DNA of 63,984 nt, counting the filler, from Basidioascus undulatus (taxonomy: Eukaryota), in NCBI GenBank assembly GCA_000826855.1. It is 10 parts of 10 records of this genome, joined end to end, with 100 filler letters (N's around TTAATTAATTAA, not from the genome) between each part and the next. Parts side by side here need not be neighbours in the genome. Positions count along the whole stretch, not along the records: positions 1 to 22,768 come from JTLS01000286.1; positions 22,869 to 25,093 come from JTLS01002865.1; positions 25,194 to 27,417 come from JTLS01002866.1; 7 more parts are not named here. One strand, written 5' to 3'. A program made the position numbers and the translations under genes. Position 1 is the stretch's first letter. Every line of letters starts with the position of its first letter. The notes below the pieces were generated by a model. The model searched no databases. It was not told the origin of the DNA and saw only the letters and a list, made by a program, of their open reading frames with translations. Shown one piece after another: positions 13,847 through 26,221 of the stretch.

Positions 13847-14860
13847 ATGCAGCTCTCGCGCGTGCTCCTCGCGACTGCCGCCCTCTTCAACTGCTCCGCC
13901 TGCGCTGCCTGCCGCCCTCTTCAACTGCTCCGCCTGCGCTGCCCGGGCCTCTCAGCCGCTCGCGGTGCACAGGAGGCAGGATGCCAACCCGGTCGGTTCG
14001 ATCGTCAAGGACCGCCAGGGTCTCACGAGCACGTCCGGAGACATCCAGCAACACGCAGCGGGGACACCGCTTGGTTTGTCGTCCTCTCCTCTGCGTTCCT
14101 GCTTGCCTCTTCATTCATCACACTAACGAGTTCAGTCTTCCTTCCCCGCCAGAAAACGTCTTCACTCAAGCGCCGGTGCGTGCATCTTCCTGAGCGGCTG
14201 GGCTCGCCCTCCTGAAAGAGCCAATTGATACACTGACGAGTTTCTCATCCCCTCTCCTCAGCAACTGCCAAAGGCCTTACCGACCTCGCCTATTCCCTCG
14301 ATATCGCCACGAACAACATCCAGCCCAGATGCCACCCTCGTACTGGCTACTCTCCAGACATGCGTTCCTGCCTTTTTCTGCTCGCCAGACGCTCGCTCGC
14401 TGTCGGGTTGACCACTGTCCATCTTCAGTACGTCCGCGTTTTGCAGACGTTGTTCTCGACCATCGATGGCAAGTACGGCCTGCTTGCCCAGTTCGGCGAG
14501 CCTTTCGTGGATCCGTCCTGCTCAGGCTCTCCTTCTCCCTGGTCCTCATTTAATCATCCCTCCTGTCTTCCAGGTCCCATCTGCGCCGTCCTTACCAAAC
14601 TCCAGGACTCGATCAACGTGAGCCTCTGATCTCTCGATCGACAAACACTGCTTTTCCTTCAGAGCTGACGCCGCCCTCCGCCTGGAACGCCACACATGCC
14701 GCACCGACTCTGCAGTGTTACGGCCCGGTCCTCATCGGTCTTGTGCCCAAGCGGCGGCGGGAGCGCAGGATGAGAAGTATGAGAAGTCCAAGTTCGATAA
14801 GGCCGTCGCCCGTAACGTGGTTGAGCTTCCAAATCGATATAGATTAAATCCTGAAGCACG
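13847..14860 (+). pseudogene. Secreted UVI-1-like helical protein, frameshifted
   Basis: TATAAA at 13691, signal peptide MQLSRVLLATAALF and a Kex2-like RR-Q site. Later exons read YVRVLQTLFSTIDGKYGLLAQFG / GPICAVLTKLQDSIN / YGPVLIGLVP. A 34-bp tandem duplication (13875-13942) shifts the frame in exon 1. Confidence 0.55.
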
Positions 14861-15852
14861 AGTTAATTTACATCCAGTGCTACATCCGTGTCTGCATACA
14901 TCGGGCACCCCGCCCAAGCCTGGTCAAGGATTGGGAAGCTGCGGCATTGCGCCGCCTCCTCTGCGTAGCGGATTGCCCTTGTTGCGAGGTTGCCGCGACC
15001 GCAAAATCCAATCAACGGGTTCAAGTGAGCTTAGCTGTGCAGGTTGAGCCGACGAACCCGAGCCCTAAAGTCACTTGTTTGCACACTCTTTCCGCTGTCT
15101 AGCAACCGCGACCACTGCCCAACGTGCCTCCACAACTGTTTGATCAGGAGCCTCATTCCCAATCCTGATCAATGTTCTCAAAACTTGCCATAATTTGATT
15201 CTCTTAGTTGACATTCAGCGCTGAGTCAGCTCGACTGCAACAGAAGGAAAATTTTCAGGGGTCGCGAAGCTACGCTGGGAAAATTCGTACTTTTATATGT
15301 CTTCGGCCCACCCATTGCATTTTGAAACAATCACATAGTGGTAGGACTTCACCCCTCAAGGCTTGGGTATCCATAGCTAAAAGCTCACCCGCATGAGAGT
15401 CAGGTCAAGTTGAGGTCCACAAACAATAATAAAAGACTTGAGCCCACTGCGTGGTGCGTCGAGGATCATCTTCCAAGGAGCAAGCATGCAAATATTTCAG
15501 AGAGGAAGAAGTTCGGTATAATCATACGTTGAAAGCGGGTGTGCTCACAACATCGTAATCCGAGCAGTTTCAAACCCCACTGTACCCCCGAATGTCGTCG
15601 AATGTACTCTGTTTCCTCCAGCTCCTGTAGCTCATAGCTGCTACCGTTAATATGGTAGTAAATTAGTCATTATGGACCATGATAATCCCCCAATGCGGTC
15701 TAAATGGGCGTATGACAACGATTGGCACCTCGGTACTCGGCGACACGCCGTAACCTTTTCGGACCTCCGTTCAGTTGCCAAAGGCGCCCCATCCCATTGC
15801 CTTTTGCCTTGGAGCATCCATATTTTTTTGGATCCCAAAAGACCCCCCCAAC

Positions 15853-16640
15853 ATGTCGCCGTTGATTCGCCTCCCCACTGACATCTGGGTACGGTCCTCT
15901 TCAAAGCATGCAACTGCTCCGGCTCTGACACCCCTCCGCACTCGGCCTTCCAGCCCGAGATTGCAATCTACCTCTGCCCCAAAGACCTGCGCTAGCTCGC
16001 CGTCGTCAGTTCCCTCACGCGCGAAGCTGCGCAAGCCGTTATCTTCTCGTTAGTCAACGTCGAGGATGTGAGAAATGCGTCCTTTCTCCAGCTCCAACAG
16101 TAGCTCACAAATACGTTGCCACATTCTTAGCTGTCCGAGCTCCACTCGTCCCTTGCTCCAGCCTCTCCTGTACCGATCGCCTGGCGTCTTATATCCGCAA
16201 CGTGCGGATCGTTCTTATGCCATTCGCTTAAGGAGAGCCGACTACTCCTGAGGAGCTGCGCGCGGCGGAGGGATTGAGCTGCACACACTCATCTCGAACG
16301 AGACGCTCAACAAGCAGCTCGGCGACATTATAGGACGGCTGACGGGGTTACAGGAGTTTGAGGTGGGCTTCGCTTCGAATCCATGCTCCGGAAGGGGGTA
16401 TCAGCTACTACCACGCGGAGCCTTGTGGCTACGAAGTTTTCCTGCCCGTTTCACCCTTTAAAGCCGCCTTCAACCGCCTCGGCAGCCTTTCGCGCCTGAC
16501 GAAACTGAAGCTTCATCAAGGTTCCTTCTACTGAGGCGCTCGAGTTGCAGAAGCTAAAGCACTTAAGCCACGCCGTACTTCGGGCCGAGTACAGCTCTTT
16601 CCAATCGCGCTCTGGCTCGTTTCGTTCTGGCGAACAATGT
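15853..16640 (+). pseudogene. F-box protein pseudogene
   Basis: After removing a GTACGG..TTCCAG intron: MSPLIRLPTDIW/PEIAIYLCPKDLR*LAVVSSLTREAAQAVIF, an F-box consensus with an in-frame TAG at 15993. Further stops downstream; the 3' boundary is approximate. Confidence 0.65.
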
Positions 16641-16678
16641 CGTTCTTCAACCCACATCCGCGACAAATCCTCACCCGC

Positions 16679-18788
16679 TCATTGACCCTCCCGATGCTCG
16701 CGCACGATCCGGAACACCTCCTGGGACGAGCGCACATTCTCCGCTATGATTGCCTCGAACGCGCCGAGCAGCGCAGCGTGCTTCTGTTGCAGGGTCGCGT
16801 ACGTCCTGGCGTCGACGACGGAGTTGCCGGCTTCTCGCGGCTCTGGCGCAGCGGGCAGGCCCTCTTGCTGTTCTCTTGAGGGATCTCGCTGTTCGACCGA
16901 GCCCCTTCGCGTCATATGGGCTGAAGGAACCTCGACCTCCTCCGCCTCATCCTCCCCGCTGCTCCCCACCTCAGCCCGAAGCGCCGCGAGCCACCCGCCG
17001 GGGTCGTCAATTCTTGACGGCGCGAGATGGTCCTCGTCTGGGTCGTCTGACGCCAGAGACGACGCGGAAAACGGACGATACGGGCGCGAGGGCGGCGGCG
17101 GGGATGGGGGTGGCTCTGCGTCTGCGTCGGGCTCTGCGTCCACGTCAGGCTGCAGCAGCGCTGCGCGCAGCATGTCGATTTCGTGTTGCATCGAGGTGCA
17201 CTGCGCTTGCGAGTGCGCGAGGGCGGCGTTGAGACTGCGCTCAACATGCCATAAGCTGAAGCATCAAACGGGAAGGGGAATGGGGCAGGCGGCGCACGAA
17301 GAGACTGCGGCGTTGGCGTGTTGGATGGCGGGCAGCTCGGTGGGGTCGGTGTCGGACGGCGTTGGGCGGATGGAAGAGGGCGGAGAAGAGGTGAATTCGT
17401 GAGGTGTTGAGCGGGCCTGCAACGGCGCCGAAAATGCGTGAGCTCAGGTTCGGGGGTACGAGGCTGAGAAGAAGAGGGCGGCGCACCTCGAAAGGCGACG
17501 GGGAAGGTGAGCGGGAGAAGGAGATGAGGGAGACGTCTGCGAGAGGGTCTGGGGGAGGGTGCGCGGAGGGCGAGGATCGCGTGAGGCGCGGTGAGGAGCG
17601 CGGGGCGTGGTGGGCGCTTGGGGCGGAATGTGATGCGGGAGGAGGAGGCTGGCGCTGCTGTCGTGGGGTTGACGTGCAGTGGTGGGAGCGAGGGAAAGAC
17701 TGTGCATCGTCCCACTACAGTCAGAAGACCAGTCCCCACAAACATGCAGGTCCGCCATGAGCTTTACATGTATCCGCGAGCTCGGTGTCCGAGGCCCTGC
17801 GTCCTGCAACGTCTCGCCAAAGAGTCAGTATTCGAGTGGGCACGCAGGCAACAGGACGCAGAGAAGACGCACGTCGTCCAGCGACCTGTCGGCCACGCGG
17901 CTCTCGAGCCAGCTCACATCTGCGCTCCGGCTAGGGTCCGTCTTGGACGGGGACAGCCCGCGCAGAGGCCGGGGCGAGACGATGTGCTGCGTGTCGTCTG
18001 CGCGTGGTGAGGGAGATCGGGCGGACAGCGCGTGCAGGCGCGCTTCGAGGTGCCGGATCTGGATGCGTGCATGGCGGAGGCAGGTCAGAGGGTGAGCAAG
18101 AATGCGATGCGGGGAGAGGAGGTCGGGCGGCCGGGGACGGGGAAGACGCACCCGCCGCAGCAACACCCGCTCGCGCTCTTCCCACTCCGCCTCCGTCCGC
18201 GATGCAAGGCGCGAGAGCTGGCGGAGCAGCGACGGCGCGTCGAGGTTGAGGGATGCGTTCGGATCGGGAGCCGGGGCTGCGTTGGAGGTTCGTTGTGGGG
18301 CGCGGCGCGGAGAGGCTGCGTGCCTTCGTGCTTTAGGATTGGTGTGCCGAGGGGGTTTGATATTGATGGGGCACTTACAGAGCGGACCGGATAGCGTAAT
18401 ACTCTGGTTCGCTACGAAGCTCGTCTCCCCATCTTCAGCCAGCCTGTACCCTTCCCCATTGCATGCCCCACCCCACCAGAACCAGTATCAGCATCAGGAC
18501 CAGGACCAGGACCAGCGTCTTCTTGCCCTTCCGTCCACTTCCTCTGTTCCCTGAATCCTTCCTGAAACCAAGCTCACCTGACCTCTGCAGCAGTGCCTCC
18601 CGCAGCGCGTCCCTCTCCCTCTCGCACGCCGCGCAGCGCGCCTCGGCCCACGCGAGCTTCGCCTCGAGCTCCCCGCGCGTGGAGAGGAGCGCGTCCCGCT
18701 CGGATGCGAGCTGCTCGTTGTCGTCCTGGAGCGCTTCAAGCGTCGAGAAGATCGCGGTCAGCTTGGTGGATGGGAGCGAGTCGGCCAT
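16679..18788 (-). CDS. Multi-exon coiled-coil protein of unknown function
   Basis: MADSLPSTKLTAIFSTLEALQDDNEQLASERDALL.. heptads, then exons LDAPSLLRQLSRLASRTEAEWEERE, HARIQIRHLEARLHAL and ..LQQKHAALLGAFEAIIAENVRSSQEVFRIVREHREGQ*. GC3-biased, with canonical splice sites. Confidence 0.65.
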
Positions 18789-19215
18789 GCGGCGCGGTTC
18801 GAGGGGGAGTATGTAGTCAGTTAGGTGCGGAGGTGCGGAGGCGTTCACGGCGCGAGAGCTGCAGGAGATTTCAGGCTTGATGGATAAGCTGTCTAGCTTT
18901 AAGGATACGAGGGAGCCGCCATGCGGCAGAGGTAAGGATAATGGGTTGATGGGAGCAAAGGGACGAGGGAGAAGGGAGCAGGAGAGAAGGGAGCAGGAGC
19001 CGGGGGGCAGGAGCGGCTGTTGAGGCAATTTCCAGCCCTCCCTCCGCTGCCGTGCGTCTTCTTGCATCCCAGGACCCACTCGGCAAATCAAGCATGCAAG
19101 CGCCACGGATATTCACAGTGATCTATATTGTAGCACTAGACCAAACATGCAACAGACAGACGGACGAAAGCCAAACAAAAGACGGCGGAAACGGTCAGGG
19201 CCCCTCCCTGATCGC

Positions 19216-21124
19216 TTAGACGCGCGAGCCGTAGACGTCCGCGCGGCCGACGCCAGCCTGCCCCTTGCGGACGTTGGCTGGTGGGGGAGGGGGGAGGAGG
19301 GGTCAGCGTGGGGTGCACGTGTGAGGGAGGGAGATTGGGAGGCGGAGGAGTGGGGAAGGGTGAATGGGGCAAGGGGGGAAGAATTGGAGTAGTTACGCAC
19401 CCTCACCCCACTTCTTGAGGCGGATGGACTCGATGGCGATGAAGCCGGTGGTGTCGGTGGGCTGGAAGCCGCCGAGCTCGTCCATGGACGCGGCCTGCTC
19501 GTCGTAGAGGCCCTCGTCGGATTTGCGGCCCTCAACAACGACGTTGCCCTTGTAGAGCTTGAGCTTGACAACACCGTTGACGGTGCGCTGGGAGGCGGGG
19601 ATCGCGCTCGTAACAAACTCGCGCTCGGGGGAGAAGAAGTAGCCGTTGTAGAGGATGTTGCTGAGCTGGGGGGTGACGAACTGGTCCCGGAGTGCACGGA
19701 CGTTGCGGTCGAGCGTGAGGCCCTCGAGGTCCATGTGCGCGACGCGGAGGATCGTCGCGCCGGGGGACTCGTAGCACCCGCGCGACTTGAGGCCGATAAA
19801 CCGGTTCTCGACAATGTCGATCCGCCCGATGCCGTGCGCGCGCGCGAGCGCGTTCAGCGTCAGGAAGACGTCAACCGCGTCCGTGTGCGACTTGCCCGTG
19901 GAGCCGACGGTCACCTTCGTCGGCAGGCCCTTCGTGAACTCGATCGTGATCCGCTCGGGTGTCTCGGGCGCCTGCTCCGGCGCGGTCGTGAGCTTCCACA
20001 TGTCCGCAGGGGGGGTCGTGTTGGGGTCCTCGAGGATGCCGGCCTCGTAGGAGATGTGGAACAGGTTCTCGTCTGCCCATCCGTCGCCAAGAGGTCAGCA
20101 AGAAGCTGGAGCGAAGAATTGATTGTCACTGGCCACGCACCAGTCGACCACGGCTTGGCAGCGGTCTGAGCGACGGGAATGCCCTTCTCCGCCGCGTAGG
20201 CGAGGAGCGCAGAGCGGCCGGGGAAGCGGTCGTAGAACTCTGCAATCCAGAGAGTGAGGATCCCGTGAGCCCAACGCTCTGAAGCGCCACTCATCAAGCG
20301 AAAACGCACCAGGCAGACGCCACGGAGCGATGACCTTGATGTCGGGCTTGAGGCCGTAGAAGGCGAGCTCGAAGCGGACCTGGTCGTTGCCCTTGCCGGT
20401 GCAGCCGTGGGAGACGAAGCTATGCGAGAGACACTTTGTTCAGAGCTGGCTCCAGGGAGGAACGGGAGCGGAGGGAGCGGAGGGAACAGAGGTGCTTACT
20501 CGCAGCCCTCACGCTCGGCGACAGAGATCATGCCGCGGGCGATGACTGGGCGGGCGAGGGAAGTGCCGAGGAGGTAGACGCCCTCGTAGATGCAGTTGGC
20601 TTGGACGGCGGGGTAGATGAGCTCCTCGACGAACTCGCGGCGGAGGTCCTGGAGCACACAAGCAAACGAACACTGAGTTAGCCCAGGTCTGCTCTGCCAG
20701 CCCACAGCGAAGAGGGACGCACCTCGAGGTAGAACGCCTTGGCGCCGACCTTGAGCGCCTTCTGGCGGGCAGCCTCAAAGTCCTCCTCCTGGCCTGTTTC
20801 CCCACACACCACCGAATGAGCTCTCCAGCCCCAGTCCCCCCCGCTCGTTTCCCGCTTCGGCCCACCCGCCCGAAAAGAAGAGGACACGCACCGACGTCGG
20901 CCATGAAGGCGAGAACCTCGTAGCCCTGGTCGATGAGCCATGCGAGAATGCAGGAGGTGTCTGTGGAGAGAGCAGTGGCGGAGAGGGAGAGAGAGAGGAA
21001 GAGGGAAGGCACGAGTCGTGTGAGTTTTGCAAAAGAGGAAGGAAAAGACACAGGCAGGGGACGGACCGAGACCGCCCGAGTAGGCGAGGAGGACGCGGCC
21101 CTTGGGTGCAGCGGTGGCGGACAT
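19216..21124 (-). CDS. ARG1: Argininosuccinate synthase
   Basis: [56 protein letters not shown]; last exon [20 protein letters not shown]. Confidence 0.98.
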
Positions 21125-21225
21125 GTTATGTCTTTTGTGGGTGGGTGCTGTGAGGGGGAACAGCGAACGTGGGGTGGGGGGTGGTTCTGACTAGCTATCA
21201 TCTGGGGATGGGATGGACGACGCAC

Positions 21226-22670
21226 TAGTCCCCGGCGCAGCGAAGCTCGGCTTGCCATACGCATCCGCCGTCGGGCCGTAGGACGAGAAGGACGCGAGGA
21301 GCCCGCCCTGCGGGTCGGGCGTCGTCGAGGGCGCGTAGACGAAGGTCACTGTTGCGTTGGGGTTCGCGAGTAGCTGTTCCATTCACCCCAGCACGTTGTT
21401 GTCAGTTTGCTGGAATGTGAGTAAGAAGAGGAGAGGTAGAGGGGGAGAATAGTGGAGAAAACAACGCACATACGCCCCATCCGCCCCCGAAATCATCGCT
21501 GCATGAATGCCTGCAACGTCCGTGATCGGGCCAAGGTCGTTCGCCGTATCAACGATGAGCACGACATCTGCGCCCTTCGCCTATCCATCCCCCCATGACA
21601 GCCATCCCCACATCGTCAGCCTGCTCTCCCCCTGCCTCTCGCTCTCGCTCTCCTTCTCGCCCCTCCTCTCCTTCTCTCTTCGCGGAGGACGAAGCGCACC
21701 TTCGCATTATTAATCTTCTGCGCAATCAGACATCCTCCCCGCCTGATCACAACCGCGTACCCCCCAAGCGCAGGGGTCGACTCGGGCAGGGGGTTGCACG
21801 CGTCCGTGGTAGACGTGCCGGACGGGTCGGTGAAGAAGAGCGGGAGCGTTGCGTTCACGTCGGGCCAGGCGGCGTAGGTGTAGTAGGTCTGCTCGGGGAG
21901 CAAAGTGTTAGGAGAGGGAGGGGGAGAAAGAGGTGGGGGAGGGAGAGGGTGGACGGAGAGGGGAAGGGACAATGGGGACGCACGATCGGACCATAGCCAG
22001 TCGAGACAGTGAAGGAGCTGTATCCGCTGGTGAAGAGCCTTCAAATCATTTCCCCCCAGCAATCAGCCTTCTCTTCTCCCCAAGAAGAAAATTGTGAGGG
22101 AAAGGGGAAAGCGACACACGAGTTCACGCTCCCGACTGCGTCCACGCCGATCCCCCCCGCGGGGCTGTTGGCGTAGAACATGCCCTCCTGGCCGTAGTTC
22201 CCCGCGGCGGTGGCGACGACCTTGCCGAGCGCGCGGATGCGGGAAGCGACCACATCTGGGGGGGGGGAATGGAGGCGTGATTTCAGCGTCGGCTTTCAGA
22301 GAGCATGGCGGAAGGGGAAGGGGAAGGGGGAATAAGTAAAGAAGAGGAGGAAGGGAAGAGAGGAAGGGGCGGGTAGGGGAGTAGGCGAGGGAGAGTCGGC
22401 GAAAGGAGGAATGAGGAGGCAGGACGGCGGGGGCAGGAGGAGGAAGAGAGGGAAGGAATGGGAATGGGAAGGACGGGGGAGAGGGAGGAGCACGCACCCG
22501 CCAGCGAAGTAGTCCACCCGTCTGGGCCGCCGAGTGAGAGCTGCAAGGGTTTGAGTGGTCAGAACCAGTTGGTCATTGCGAAGAAAAGAGAGAGGGAGCG
22601 AAGAAAGCGCACATTGATCACGTCCGCCCCATCCTGATATGCCTTGACAATGCCCATCGCGACCACTATC
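21226..22670 (-). CDS. Subtilisin-like S8 protease with a PA domain; fragment (5' end at a contig gap, 3' end truncated before the catalytic Ser)
   Basis: KAYQDGADVIN/LSLGG, VVATAAGNYG (oxyanion Asn), PA domain DACNPLP..VVIRRGGC, ASFSSYGPT..KPSFAAPG. No GTSMA motif follows. Confidence 0.85.
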
Positions 22671-22768
22671 CCATCCCCCTGATCAGCCTCCGCATCCTCC
22701 ATCCCCATCCCATCCCCTCCCAGCCACACCCCTGTTGCCACCCTTCCAGAACTTTCCGTCTCTTTCCA

Positions 22769-22868
22769 NNNNNNNNNNNNNNNNNNNNNNNNNNNNNNNN
22801 NNNNNNNNNNNNTTAATTAATTAANNNNNNNNNNNNNNNNNNNNNNNNNNNNNNNNNNNNNNNNNNNN
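22769..22868. other. Artificial 100-nt contig linker N-TTAATTAATTAA-N (also at 25094, 27418, 29740, 32007, 54873, 57194, 59515 and 61835)
   Basis: Nine 100-nt spacers carrying stops in all six frames; genes are cut off at them. Confidence 0.98.
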
Positions 22869-25093
22869 GTCCCAACGAATCCCCAAGCTCACCGTCAGCG
22901 CCGCCTTCGTCTTCCCACCTCCCCAACCTATCCCCCAATCCCCGCCTTGTACTTTCCCGAAATTGTTCATTCAACAAACGCGTCATCCTGTCCCGCACCG
23001 CACCGTCATCACCGCACCTCCTTCCCTTCCTTTGCGCTCCCCTGAGCTGGGAGTCACGGCACGCACCTGCAAATAAGCCAAGAGCGGCCTAACTTGACGA
23101 GCGCGGGCTTGTCCAGGTGCTGGTGTTGGGGGGAGGGGGGGGTGGGGTTCAGATTGTGGGGAAAGTGGAAGGGAGGATAAAGGGGCAGGGGAGAAAGTTA
23201 GTCAAGGATGGGACGGGAGGGAAGGGAGGGGAAGAGAGAGGAACGACGCACGTAGATGTGCCGATCGATCCCCGATGCAAACAGGTCGGCGTGTAGCTGC
23301 AGCGCGTTGGCGGGCGAGTGGGCGGGCTCGCGCAGCGCGGATTCGCAGAGGTCGTTGGTTAGGGTGAATACTGCGGTCTGTGCGAGCGGAGCGAGCGGCA
23401 GCATCAGCGTCAGGGCCGGTGTTCTCGGGGTGTGTGATTGATAGTATGGGAGAGGGGAGAGCGTAGAGTGCGGCTCGGGGAGAGGGAGAGGGAAGCAGGG
23501 CATCGTGGAAAAGGGAAGGCGGAAGGGCAGGAGTGGGAGAGAGGCGGAGGTGAGGAGAGGAAGACGCACCAAGTACCCGATCGCCTCGTACTCCACGCCG
23601 GCGGTCATTCCCCCCGGGACGCGGAAGCGCAGACGCTGGACGGCGGACACGTCGACGTCGGCGTGAGACCAGATGCCGTTGGATTTGTGGCCGAAGCACC
23701 TGGGCACCATCGCGTTCAGCACTACCCCGAGAAGGAAGCCAGACGGAATCTAGGGAAGCCGGAAAGGGGGAGGAAGGAAGAGGGAAGCGAGGGAAGGCGG
23801 AGAGAAGCCAGAGAAGGCAGGGAGAGAATGCAGTGAAAGAAGGCAGGGAGAGAAGCCAGACGCACCAGAAAAAGTCCCTCTCGATCTCATAGCACTCGTT
23901 GAGCAGCATCTTGAACACCCTCGGCTTCTTCGCCACCCTAATAAAATCATGCACCTTCTCCGCCTCCTCATCCCGCGGATTGAGCAACAAGGCCCGCACG
24001 AGCTGAGCGGCCGTGTCATGCGGCAGCGGCGGCGGGGCGGGGGAGGTGGAGTAGAGCTCGAGCGGCGCGGTGAGGAGCTCGATGAGCAGCTGGCGGGTCG
24101 AGAGGGAGCCAGGCTTCTTGTCGGTGTAGAGGAGCGCGACGAGCGGGGCGAACGGGCGTGGGGAGGAGGAGAGGAGGGCGGACTTGCCGATCTGTGTGGG
24201 GAGGGAGGGGTTGAGTAGGCGGGGGAGGGAAGTAGGGAGACGGGACGGACGTCGGTTGTTGTGAGGCCTTTGAAGCACCGCAGCAGCTCGTGAAGGAGCT
24301 GGTCGTCGTGCTGCTCCTCCCTGTGTCCCATCCTTCACATCAGCCGCCGCCTGCCATAGAGGGAGGGCGCAGAAAGAGCTGGGTTGCCAACGCACCTCCA
24401 CTCGACCCCCAGAATCTCCTCCAACCGTTCAAGCAGTCCCTCATACCCCCCGCAACCCAAAAAATCCGCCAACCACCCGACGCTCTCCGCGCGGATCAAG
24501 CTCCGGAGCTTCTTCACCCTCTCAACGTCCATCGTGGTGCTCTTCTCGCGCGCGAGCATCGCAGCAAACGCGACTGGCGAGTCCGCCCCCGACTTTTTGG
24601 GGTTCGGGAGCTCGCTCGTGGGCCGGACGCGGGGGGCGGGCGCGGAGGAGGGGGGTTCGAAAGGGGAGGAGAAGGACGAGGAGCGCGCGCGGGACTTGTG
24701 CAGGACGTAGGGTGAGGGCGTGTGCCTCGAGGGGGTGGTGGATGAAGGAGGGAGACGCGTCTGGCTCTCGGACGCGCGGAGGATGTTGAGCTTCTTGGAG
24801 TGGTCCATCGACCTCAGCTGCGAGCGCACGCCGTGCGGGATGTCGCGCTCCTCCTGTCCCACACCCACCACCTTGTGAGCCCGCGGAGATGGCGAGGGCA
24901 GGGGAAGGGGCAAGGGGAGGACAAACCAGCATGTCCTCGAACGCCCGCTCGAAGAGCTGGCATTCGATTCCCCCGCGCTTCTCCTCCGCGGGAGGGGGCG
25001 TCCAGCTCCGCCTGTTTTCTTTCCCGGCTTTCTGCTGCCCCTTTCCGCAACCCCGAGCTCCGCTTGCATTTCATTAACGGTGAGCACGGGGGA
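22869..25093 (-). CDS. Formin-type GTPase-binding domain (Drf_GBD) protein, Rid1-like; partial
   Basis: MDVERVKKLRSLIRAESVGWLADFLGCGGYEGLLERLEEILGVEWR/EEQHDDQLLHELLRCFKGLTTTD..KKPGSLSTRQLLIELL..VPGGMTAGVEYEAIGYL. Confidence 0.8.
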
Positions 25094-25193
25094 NNNNNNN
25101 NNNNNNNNNNNNNNNNNNNNNNNNNNNNNNNNNNNNNTTAATTAATTAANNNNNNNNNNNNNNNNNNNNNNNNNNNNNNNNNNNNNNNNNNNN

Positions 25194-25270
25194 GGCCGGG
25201 AATTGAACCCGGGTCGCCCGCGGTCAGGTTGAATGACAAGCGGATATACTAGCCACTATACTACCAAAGA
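25194..25270 (-). tRNA. tRNA-Asp(GTC) with an 11-nt intron; 3' acceptor strand cut by the gap
   Basis: Minus strand: TCTTTGG TAGTATAGTGGCTAGTATA TCCGC TTGTCA [TTCAACCTGAC] C GCGGG CGAC CCGGG TTCAATT CCCGG CC. The anticodon and T stems pair. Confidence 0.92.
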
Positions 25271-25319
25271 AGCTAATCTTAATGCCTGCCAAAACCTTAT
25301 GATGGCATCTCTCCCATCC

Positions 25320-26221
25320 TCAGCGCCTGAGTGCGGTACTCGCTGCGCCGAGCACGAGGCTGAAGGGAAAGCTGGATAGGGAGGAGAAACATGCCCAGAG
25401 CGATAGTTGAGAGGAGACGGAGAAGAGAAGCGCGGCGCTGAGGCGAGGGGAGGAGGTGGGCAGTTTCCGATGCGGCAGCAGCGGCACGCTCGGTGTGTTC
25501 ATGTCATTAGCTTATTTTGAGGTCAGGATCGTTAGCACGGGACAACACTCGGAGAGCGCACCCCTCTCTTCGTCTTACTCTCGCTGCTCGTGTCCGAATC
25601 AGAGTCCGAGTCAATCCGAGTCTTCGGGCGCAGCCATGACGCCCCTCCAAATAGCATATGCCACGGCCTCCACATAGACCGCAAAAACGCCTACGAACTC
25701 CCCTCTAACCTGGCGGCTGGCGAGCTGGCCCGTCCAAGCGAGTACTGCAACGGCGAAGCAGAGCGCAAGAAGAGTAGTGTACGCCCTGAGGCTGCGTTCT
25801 TGGTCGGGGGAGGGTTCAAATTCTGAGGAGGGCAGGAGCCCGATCGAGAATGAACCGAAGATGTTGCTACGCAGGATCCACGGATGTTACCCCCTGCGAG
25901 GCGGGCGTGACCATGCGCGAGGGCGGCGATGACCACCGCGGGCTGGCAGCGCAGAGAGGAGCACATCAGCGTGGCGGCTCAAAGTCCTGGACATGTCGCG
26001 TGTGATATGTCCGAACCTCCTCCCATTCTGCCCATTCTGCTCCGGCGGTCAGCAGCCCCACGAGCACGGCTGGCACGCGAAGCTGGGTCGCGAGCGACGG
26101 CGGTGGAGTCGACGAAGATATCTGCGCCGCGCTCGAGGATCAAGAGCGCAGCGACGAAGATGAGCCGCGCGGATGCACCACGCGCAATAGGTGAGTGGAT
26201 ATCGTCTAGGAGTGGTATCAT
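25320..26221 (-). pseudogene. Cation/Ca2+ (Na_Ca_ex family) exchanger pseudogene
   Basis: IFVAALLILERGADIFVDSTAVAR / VVIAALAHGHARLAGGNIRGSC / NIFGSFSIGLL..FAVYVEAVAYAIWRGVMAAPEDSD*. Alpha-repeat-like GNxxGS..N motif, broken by frameshifts and stops; the second half is missing. Confidence 0.65.

Noticed and set aside
22813..22824. TTAATTAATTAA palindrome recurring at near-regular spacing
   Set aside because: It always sits inside N runs totalling 100 nt; an artificial all-frame-stop linker, not a biological repeat or CRISPR array.
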